From NCBI RefSeq assembly GCF_001194135.2, contig NC_068984.1:71301620-71349114 (forward strand): a stretch of 47,495 bases of DNA, given 5' to 3'. Shown one piece after another: positions 1 through 9,000 of the stretch. Position 1 is the stretch's first letter, and each line of letters begins with the position of its first letter. The position numbers and the translations under genes were made by a program. The notes beneath the pieces are model-generated. The model was not told the DNA's origin. It saw only the letters and a list, made by a program, of their open reading frames with translations, and ran no database searches. The stretch comes from Octopus bimaculoides (taxonomy: Eukaryota).

Positions 1-450
1 ATATAAAATATACAAGAATAAGGGCAGGGCATCATCAATTAATAATAGAATTAATAATTAACAATGTTGCCAAGTAGTTCAGTATGAAAAAACCTTTATC
101 GGTAAAACCATTTATCATCATAAATATACAGGGATTAGCATTGAGTTGCTTCTCCAACATACTGAAAATTTAGAAATAGCAGTCAAAGAACTACTGATTC
201 TAAACTACAAATTTTTCTCTAAATGGATGGCGATATTTATGGCACACATAGAACAAAAAACCGGAGGGGAAAGCATAAACAAAACAAGTCTTTAGTTAAT
301 CGGATACGATCGTTTCATGGTTAAGAGAACGAAAATTTCCCTATTCCAAATCATCGGTCCGATATTCTGATAAATTTGAAAGTGTCTCTCAAAAAATTCA
401 CGTCCAATAAAGTTCAATTGTTTGAGAGTCATATGGCATGAAATATATTG

Positions 451-454
<4 letters not shown>

Positions 455-536
<82 letters not shown>
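455..536. repeat. Compound (TC)n-(CA)n microsatellite
   Basis: Directly visible dinucleotide runs. Confidence 0.97.
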
Positions 537-538
<2 letters not shown>

Positions 539-759
539 AAATATAGAAATGAATATATGTATATAGTTTATCTTAAGAAATATCTAGTAAGAAGTAGGAA
601 AAATAAGTGAAGGAACAAACTTATAACATTAGAGATATTTAAATAAGTTCCTTAACTTAGGAGTAATATTTCATGACAAAGAGGCAATGCAACACATATT
701 AGTCTGTTAAAGTTGCTATTTATTGTTAGTACAAGTCGTGTGGGTTTCCATCTCGACCA

Positions 760-1980
760 TTGTATTTAAAAATTTTGTGGGCATGTACGAATGGTTTCTG
801 TCAGCTAATTTCATAAATTTCATTACAGTGTACAGTGGTTTACACCAGTATGTGGAGATGAAAATTGAAATCAGTCGCACACCATGTTTCTTCACTCCAG
901 GTTAGTTTACTTCAGTAACTTACGTCCACACCTGTGGTGTAGTCTGAGACTTATGGATCATGATTTCACCTCCTCTAATTCAATTAGTTCCATTTCCACA
1001 TCATATCGTTCCGTGATGAGTGATTTGCAAATTGAGCAACCAAGGATTGACCAGAGGATGAAGTAGGGTTTCATCTTCAGCAAATCATCAATTTTGGCTA
1101 AGAAATGATCAAGCATTCCTTATAATTTATGCCTCTATTCTTTAAGTTTGTGTTCTTTTATCAGGGAATAAGTTTATTTTTTCGGAGATTGGGAAAGCGT
1201 CTGAAATTTCTTATCAATATGTCTCACTGAAAAACGTTTATTTTACTTGAAACGTTGAACTTTGTCTGAGTAAAATAAGCTATAACCTTCCGTCCCCCTG
1301 GAGTGCCAAACTGAAAGTTTGTAGATGATACATTATATCGGTATTTAACATCAGATCATGCACCCATTTATCATTTTTCCAGTTATAAGCTTTTCTTATA
1401 TTTCTGTAATAAACGTTATAACAAACTCCAGTAAATCAACAAACCTACTCAAGACGTTGCTAGTTGATGGCCATAGGTCTTACCATGTATACATATCCAA
1501 TTCAGAATTTCAAGTAATACTTTCATTAATCGAAGTATCTGGCTACAAAGCTGGGATTTCTTCTCATAACCGCAATTAATTCTGCGTTTTTTCTCGATCA
1601 TTACAGGAGTACCATTTCTTAAAATTCTGACAAGCGCAGTTATTATGACAACATCATGAGTTGTTTCTTTAATTCTACTAAATCCAACATTTTTTCATTC
1701 ACATTAAACTAGAAGAAACGTATCAAAGAAATACTATCAGTTGTGTGTTGTGATGTATGAACTGAATGCAGCATCAGAAATGGTTTGAGAGATCAGCTTT
1801 TCTGTAATGCGATGTGGTCTGATGCTTGAAGTCTTCTGTCATTTGATTCTAACAATGCAAAATTGTAGGTATATATATTTAAATAAATTCGCCATCAGAA
1901 TATGAGCGTTTAGCACGAGCAACATTCCACGTTATAGTAAAACTGAACATTGCTCAACATTGCCAAAAGTACCTGTTGTC
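760..1980 (-). mobile_element. Degenerate hAT transposase (Buster/Charlie/SPIN, GTF2IRD2-like) relic
   Basis: Manual minus-strand translation across stops and frameshifts gives motifs in the expected order: RAKRSYSDGEFI (~1917-1882; cf. KPFSDGEFIK), RNGTPVMIEKK (cf. TDGAPAMxGK), WPSTSNVLSRF (1473-1441; cf. RWLSRGxVLxRF), DKWVHDLMLNTDIMYHLQTFSLALQG (1372-1294; cf. WLxDLAFLxDIxxHLNxLNxxLQG) and FISTYWCKPLYTVMKFMK (862-809; hAT dimerisation motif STYxCExxFSxMK). Boundaries approximate. Confidence 0.8.
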
Positions 1981-2205
1981 CATTTGGTGCACATAAATGT
2001 TTAACCCTCTTACTAATCTATGTACATATTCATGTATGATATGTACGTATATTTATGTATATATACAAGTGCGTACCTGAATATATGAGTTTCTATAAAT
2101 ATATATGTATATATCCGCACACGCCCACATTACCTACGAATGCACAAATTCGCAAAGACAAGCACACATACACATAAACACACACACACATGCACACACA
2201 CATAT

Positions 2206-2294
2206 GTAATGACAAGCAAATTAGGCAAGTCGATTTACACAGAATATGAAATACATTCTGTGTAAATCGACTTGCCTAACTTGCTTGTCATCAC
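2206..2294. repeat. Near-perfect short inverted repeat (hairpin), 37-bp core stem with 9-nt loop
   Basis: 2209-2245 is the reverse complement of 2255-2291 with one mismatch (A2220/C2280). The loop is ATGAAATAC. Two more pairs lie beyond a further mismatch. Confidence 0.95.
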
Positions 2295-2360
2295 CGGCTC
2301 AAGTTCAAATCTCTTGAGCACTTCGAAGTGTGTTCTATAGAGAGAACACCTGTCCCTTTA

Positions 2361-2475
2361 GTATATTCAAAGACACATAAACATCTTAATAGATTTGCTT
2401 AATGCAGTTGCATTAATAGCCAAAGTTGAATGAAATTAGGGGGGAACTTTCAATTCTAGAACTATTAAGCGTGAT
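2361..2475 (+). repeat. Dispersed ~115-bp repeat, copy 1 (copy 2 at 4861-4975)
   Basis: TATATTCAAAGA...TTTGCTTAATG.AGTTGCATTAAT...GTTGAATGAAATTAG.GGGGAACTTTCAATT.TAGAACTATTAA.CGTGAT occurs at both loci. Confidence 0.9.
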
Positions 2476-2494
2476 ATATATATATATATATATA

Positions 2495-3031
2495 NNNNNN
2501 NNNNNNNNNNNNNNNNNNNNNNNNNNNNNNNNNNNNNNNNNNNNNNNNNNNNNNNNNNNNNNNNNNNNNNNNNNNNNNNNNNNNNNNNNNNNNNNNNNNN
2601 NNNNNNNNNNNNNNNNNNNNNNNNNNNNNNNNNNNNNNNNNNNNNNNNNNNNNNNNNNNNNNNNNNNNNNNNNNNNNNNNNNNNNNNNNNNNNNNNNNNN
2701 NNNNNNNNNNNNNNNNNNNNNNNNNNNNNNNNNNNNNNNNNNNNNNNNNNNNNNNNNNNNNNNNNNNNNNNNNNNNNNNNNNNNNNNNNNNNNNNNNNNN
2801 NNNNNNNNNNNNNNNNNNNNNNNNNNNNNNNNNNNNNNNNNNNNNNNNNNNNNNNNNNNNNNNNNNNNNNNNNNNNNNNNNNNNNNNNNNNNNNNNNNNN
2901 NNNNNNNNNNNNNNNNNNNNNNNNNNNNNNNNNNNNNNNNNNNNNNNNNNNNNNNNNNNNNNNNNNNNNNNNNNNNNNNNNNNNNNNNNNNNNNNNNNNN
3001 NNNNNNNNNNNNNNNNNNNNNNNNNNNNNNN
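2495..3031. other. Assembly gap (N-run). Other gaps: 20045-20125, 21853-22137, 22926-23436, 26550-27353, 41466-41475, 43569-44132, 45056-45599, 46711-46798
   Basis: Runs of N; most abut (TA)n or (CA)n microsatellites. Confidence 0.99.
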
Positions 3032-3067
3032 TATTTAATGAATGGAGTAAAACGCATATGCTAACTG

Positions 3068-3168
3068 CATACTTTTATTTCCAACATATGTTTCGAAGAT
3101 TACAAATTATACCTTCCATAGGAATCGGCGATGTTAAAAATGTAATCTTCTCTTCAGGGAAATGCATG
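3068..3168 (-). ncRNA. Type I hammerhead ribozyme fold, core intact (GUU cleavage triplet)
   Basis: The minus strand reads CAUGC-AUUUCC-CUGAAGA-GAAGAUUACA-(36 nt)-UGUAAUCUUC-GAAAC-AUAU-GUU-GGAAAU-AAAA-GUAUG. Both conserved core boxes are present, with a perfect 10-bp stem II, a minimal stem III closed by palindromic AUAU, and a 6-bp stem I extended past an AAAA bulge. Confidence 0.75.
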
Positions 3169-3236
3169 GAAACCAGCTTAAACGTAAGACATTTTAGCCG
3201 AATTCCGTTAAAATGTCTTACGTTTAAGCTGGTTCC

Positions 3237-3337
3237 CATGCATTTCCCTGAAGAGAAGATTACATTTTTAACATCGCCGATTCCTATGAAAGGTATAATT
3301 TGTAATCTTCGAAACATATGATGGAAATAAAAGTATG
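3237..3337 (+). ncRNA. Type I hammerhead ribozyme fold, mirror copy with disrupted cleavage triplet (GAU)
   Basis: CATGC 3237-41, ATTTCC 3242-47, CTGAAGA 3248-54, GAAGATTACA 3255-64 pairing with TGTAATCTTC 3301-10, GAAAC 3311-15, ATAT, GAT 3320-22 (A at the conserved U16.1 position), GGAAAT 3323-28, AAAA, GTATG 3333-37. Confidence 0.65.
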
Positions 3338-4860
3338 CAGTTAACATATGCGTTTTACTCCATTCATTAAATTTATATATACTCAAGTACCCAAAATATG
3401 AAAGCAGTTTCTACCTCATAAACAAGAGTTACACCACAGTTATTTTGTGATCTTTGCTACCCTGGTATCTATTAACCAATTTATTTTGTCCGAGTTATTT
3501 AATAATTAGGAGAAAATAAATATATATAATAAAAAAATATATATATATGTGTGTGTGTGCGTGTGTGTATATATATATATGTATGCATATATGCATATAA
3601 GAATATATTTTACATATATGCACCTTAGCTTAAATAGAAATCCAGTCTCATATAGGGACCGTTGCATTTTTGTCAGTATACCTTAATGTAAACAACTCAG
3701 ACAATCATAGATGCATTCGCAAACATTTCATCGAGCATGCGTATATAATCCTACATTAACATCTGTGTATTAAACATACCCAGAATGAGTAAGTATAAGA
3801 GGTTATCTGTTATATCACTCGATTGTGATGCATTTAAACTGGAAGAATAGGCATGTTTTGAAAGTACAACTATTATATTCATCAGTGAGTTTTTTTCTTG
3901 CATATGGTCTCTACTGCCTAAAAATTATTAGAAGCCTACCTCCATGAAGAAAATCCACTTTCTCTGTCACTCTTCCTCTCTCTTCACTCTCTCTCTATCT
4001 CTCGGTTATATAGAATTGATTCCCGGAAATAATTGATATATTGGTACTATTCATGTCAGCAGTTATTATCTCATAGAACATAATTCTTCCTCGTGTCGAA
4101 CTTTTCTCAATTTTACTGAATAACTTTTGCCGTGTTCTTTTATAAAATTCAACCACTTGTTCAACAAAGTTATATGGGGATGCAACTACAAACGTAAATT
4201 CTGAAAGATATCGCTTTCTTCCTACCATAGCTGAAGACCGACACTATTTAACTTTGTGAAATAATGTGTGTCTGCGGTCGGTGTTTAAATCTTTCCATCG
4301 GAACTGAACTATATCCTTGATGATATCGCTTCATTTACTGATATACAAAAAACTGCAAATTCCAGAATTGACACGACTTGCTAAAAAATGCAACCAAAGA
4401 AATCGTAGTTTATAAACTTGAAAATAGAGGGGAAGGTAATTTATGTGAATGCTTTGACACTTAGTGCTCTCCGGAATGATTAAATTTCCATAACTGAAAA
4501 TAGATTTCGTCAGCCGGAGATAACTTGGAGTTAAACCACAAAAACATATTTATTGCCACAGATACTAATACTGAAATGAACCACAATATCAATCTGGGAA
4601 TAGTTTCTGCTAGTACCATTGGTCTAGACTAGATCTCACGTAATCATATTACCAGAATGTTGTATAGAAACTTCATTGCTCATTCAACTAAATATTTATT
4701 GTTTGTCTATGCACAATAGAGTAGAATCGATTTGTCTTGTATGATCTGGAGAAATGTAATTGAACATAAACGAATATCATACGATCTTAAGCGTTGAAAG
4801 TTTTCACATGCACAACTGTACATCTTCAATTTGCTAATGGACTCAACAGATTTCTCTTTA

Positions 4861-4975
4861 ATATATTCAAAGAGACTTAAACACCCTAATAAATTTGCTT
4901 AATGAAGTTGCATTAATTGTCAAGGTTGAATGAAATTAGAGGGGAACTTTCAATTTTAGAACTATTAAACGTGAT
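4861..4975 (+). repeat. Dispersed ~115-bp repeat, copy 2
   Basis: Colinear similarity to 2361-2475. Confidence 0.9.
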
Positions 4976-5004
4976 TAACTATTGTCTGGTTTTTACTGTA
5001 ATGG

Positions 5005-5069
5005 TTATTATTACCACTATTATTAATATAATTATTGTAATTATTATTATTATTGCTATTATTATTATT

Positions 5070-5114
<45 letters not shown>
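5005..5114. repeat. Compound (ATT)n-(GTT)n trinucleotide microsatellite
   Basis: Directly visible; explains the poly-I/V/N/T ORFs at 4917-5309. Confidence 0.95.
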
Positions 5115-5776
5115 AACGTTGTCGTCATCGACGTCATTGTAATTATTACCATTATCTTTGATATTGTTTGCAGCTCTTTCATGCGAGTTTTCACTGCACC
5201 ACCAGGTGCAACATCTTTCCCATATTGTGTAGGCTGCATTGTAGTTTCGGAATTTATAATTGCACTTGTATATTACATCACGTTTGTGCATTTTCATTTA
5301 CTGTTGTGATGCTACATAAGTATTGCCTCTACTTGTGGAGAATATATGACGTGTAAGTTATATTTATTCATCAGAAAGGCGATTATGTTCCTTATATAAT
5401 TGCTTATTACGCAGTGATGCTCGCGTATTACAGAGCCTGTGATTTTTAGTGATGTCGTCTTACCAACAGCACCACACGGATATACACACTTCGACTGCCG
5501 CACAAGTCCTTCGTGTACTAGATCCGTATGAACATTACTACTCTGCTAATGCTCCAAATTCCCTGCAGGATCATGATGGGTAGCGTCATATTATTTGACC
5601 AGATACTGCGTTGCGTGTTAATTAATTAACCAAATATCAATTCTTACAGAAGAGATCTATATTCAAATGTATTCCACAGATGTCCTACTCCAAATCGTTT
5701 CCAAGCGAATATATGAATAATTACATCGTAATGAAAAATGTTCTTTCTCAAAATTTTGCGTGCCATTGGCGTAGAG

Positions 5777-6058
5777 CGGTAATTCCCAATGTGGGGCATA
5801 CGTCTCACTGCTGCAGCCTGGAAAAACTGTAGTGACGCGTAGGATCCTTTAGTGTAGTGGGACATGGAATTGTGAAAATCGTTTCTCTTTCTTAGTCAAT
5901 AAGGTACATGGTTGTACTCAGTACTTAAAACAGTTACCGGTACATTTTTTGTTTTGTTTTAATTAGTTGTGGTAAAATGTTATAAATAAAGTTTTTTTTT
6001 TCCAATCGGCGGTGGAAAATTATAGTGGTGCCCGGGGGAAACTGGTTGGGAAGCACTG
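5777..6058. mobile_element. Non-autonomous hAT MITE (282 bp) with 8-bp target site duplication
   Basis: Left end CGGTAATTCCCAA; right end TTGGGAAGCACTG (reverse complement CAGTGCTTCCCAA, 10/13 match). Flanked by GCGTAGAG (5769-5776) and GCGTAGGG (6059-6066), matching the nnnTAnnn target typical of Buster-group hATs. Confidence 0.72.
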
Positions 6059-9000
6059 GCGTAGGGTATCAACGATATTGGTTGGTGATGGTGTATAGGG
6101 TATGTTATAATATCGGATATCTTATTATAACTATTATATTGTGTTATTTTTTAGGGATGTGTCTATGTGGAATATATGCTGTATATGTATATGTTGTGGA
6201 CATTTTATTTATATGTAGAGTATTTATTTGTGATCTGTGTTGGTTCATAGAGGAATGACTGTGTACAGTATGTTTGATGCAGCGTTTGTATTTTATGACT
6301 GAAACTATAAACTTCAAAGTTTATTCTGTAGCACGTAGTCAGTGAATATTAAATATTTTTTTTAGCGATGATAAATTTATAAGACGAATATGTTATACTT
6401 TTTGTTCAAACCAAGTACTCATTTATTATTGAGATTAGATTTTAATAAGTTTTACTCGTTTTTACTGATTCTAATTTTCGCTTCATCGCTCAGATGGTGT
6501 TCATTTCTACCTCAAGCTTTTGTGTTTTCTTTCTCGGTCTCTTTTCGAGTGGTGTGATCAAAACAGACTGAAATGTATAGCAGAGTATTTGGTACCCTAT
6601 TGCTGTCATTCACAAGTACATCTAGGATATTCATATAAATCTCCTTTCTTTTTAGTCTAAAATAGCATTTCCCAGACAAATGTCACCTGATCGCTACAAC
6701 GAAAACTTAGTTATATGCTTATACAATTGGCAACGGTTCTTAGAGTTGCAGAAAAATCGAATTTGAAAAAAGTAAGCAGCCAAAGAAGATATGGCTATTT
6801 ATTACATTGATGAAATTATTCTACATGTGATAAAATTATTAAATAGTCTGACAGATGTTGTTTCTGACAAAATCCATGTGCATGAGAAGTTAGCCCACTT
6901 TAACTGCTCAATTTCAAGAGGAGGAAAATAAACACAAATGCCACCAATAAGATTAATGTATTGCCGAACATATATTTCTATTAGCAGCTGAAAGATAATA
7001 TTGCGTCAGAAAATTTAAACCATGCAGTAAAATCATCAACTTCGTATGGCTACTTCGTATGACTACTTCGTATGAATACACTCGCACCCGAAAACACAAA
7101 TATATATTCGTACACATATGTATACGTTGATACATGAAAGTAGCCTTATCTGCATAAATACATGTATACCCTCATAAGAATCTGGGTTCGCAAATGCAGA
7201 TTGCAGTTACCGGCAAATAAAGGCATTCTAAAAATATGTAAAATATTCACGAAGTTTATCATTTAATACATTTCACGTGAAGTGCCAGCGAGAAATGCAG
7301 GCGAATGTCTCACTCAACATCCATGCAAAGTCTGCTTAAGCAGGTGGCTAAAGAGTGAATAGCGTCCAGTTCATCGGAAAATATTCGATGCAACATAAAC
7401 ACATAGAAAATGCACCATTATTACGGAAGTGAATCCATCTCGGTGTATACAAGTAACCGATGAACGGAATAATGGTTGCAGTATTACATTCCCCGCTTTA
7501 TTCCCTTGCTCGTTTTATTTATTTACTTATTTCTTTCTTTCTCAAGCAATCTAACAACTATTGATATATGTGTATGTGTGTACTTGTGTGTGAATGAGTG
7601 AGCGAGTGAGTCTGCGTGTAAGTATCTGTGTGTGCATATATACATGCAAATCAAAGTTTGACAGTACCATCATTGCTTACATTTTGCCAGTGTCGTCTCT
7701 ATAGTTGCATAAATTTACGCGTGAGAGACTTTGACTAAAGGAAACAATTAGTAATTGACATAGGTGGCCCCTAACGTCTTTTTATACAAAAAAATATGTT
7801 CAAAGTCACTCTCTAGCAGTTTATGCGTTCATTTCACATCTCCCTCCTACATTTCTCCAGTCACAAATGTTCTAGTTCCAAATATTAAGAATATAGTCCT
7901 CCATCCAGTTAACATTCCTATAATTGTTACTTTCTTTAACTTTCATTAAGCCATAAATCAAATATTGTTCTCCGCCTATGCTGTGATATAAAGCCAGTGT
8001 CAAAAATTTGAGTAGTAACAATTTCACAAAACCGATAATTGTGGAACTTCAAAGTAAGTGTCAGCGTTTCTTTCTGAAATAATTTTTTGTTCTACCCATG
8101 AATATTCATTAATACTTCGAATTAAAACCGGGCCTTCGTTCCGTATGATTATACATAGAAGAAACTCATTAATACACACACATATATACACGCACAGACA
8201 CACACATACACAAACACACACTTCTATACACACACACATATTATGCACACATACACATAATCTAAGCAGCTTTCTGCATTCACTTTCCCAGGCAATAGTT
8301 TGTGCGAGGAGAGAGATTTAATTGCAGTTTCTAGCCGGTTGAAAAGCCGAGTAGAGTATATTACAAGGGAATATTTTCGAGTATAGATTTTTTCCGTTAA
8401 GGCAGACTTGAAGCGTAACATCTTCATTAACCACTAGACAAGCGCATAAAGTTTTTGAAAATAATATTTCTACTGCTCTACTCTATAAACTATTGCTGTG
8501 ATACACATGTTAAATAATTCCCGAATAAAAGAGTCGAAATGAAAGCACCAACATTCGTAACTCTTCTTAAGCTTCTTAGCGTATTCTTTATTGTATGCGT
8601 AATGTATGCTGTATTTTTACAAAGTGCGATTAAATGCCTGCATCATATAATACACAACTAGTTCTTCGGTATATCGTGAAGATTATTCGCGCTTTGAGGT
8701 TTATCAACTCTGATAATGGCTTGAATTGCAAAGACACAGTTTCCGAGGCACACATTTATGAAGTACCATGAGATTTTACCAAAGATTTGAATATTTTAAT
8801 CGTAAACATCAATCGAAAATATCAAAATAAAATGAAAACTATCACTACATGTATGATAATTGCATTATGTTTGAGTATATTAGTAAACTAAATAAAATTT
8901 TCAGACAGAATTGTCCTGTACTTTTATCTTGTCAATATGCTCTCGCAAAATTTCTGTTTTACTTCATTCGGTCTTCTAATCTAAATCCAGTTTACAATTT

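Larger units (their letters stand above)
3033..3372. repeat. 340-bp loopless palindrome centred on GAA|TTC (3202/3203); probable head-to-head inverted Penelope-like terminal repeat
   Basis: The arms align without indels; I count 6 mismatches in 170 pairs. The near-identical ORFs 3058..3321(+) and 3075..3386(-) reflect this symmetry. The left arm abuts a gap, so the palindrome may extend further. The PLE assignment is inferred from the hammerhead plus AATAAA in each arm. Confidence 0.92.

Noticed and set aside
2221-2245. AGGCAAG in the hairpin resembles the start of miR-31
   Set aside because: The seed differs (GGCAAGT vs GGCAAGA) and the rest is unrelated.
3058-3386. Two near-identical ORFs on opposite strands suggesting a duplicated gene
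   Set aside because: A direct consequence of the DNA palindrome; no recognisable protein.
3995-4228. 77-aa protein-like minus-strand ORF (MVGRKRYLSEFTFVV...)
   Set aside because: No recognisable motif, no convincing donor, and it runs into a (GA)n tract; a length expected by chance.
4231-4300. CTGAAGA...GAAA hammerhead-like boxes
   Set aside because: No stem II pairing between the boxes and no stem I/III complement.
7039-7074. ACTTCGTATG repeated three times with period 13
   Set aside because: Short slippage-type tandem with 3-nt spacers; not CRISPR-like and no further structure.
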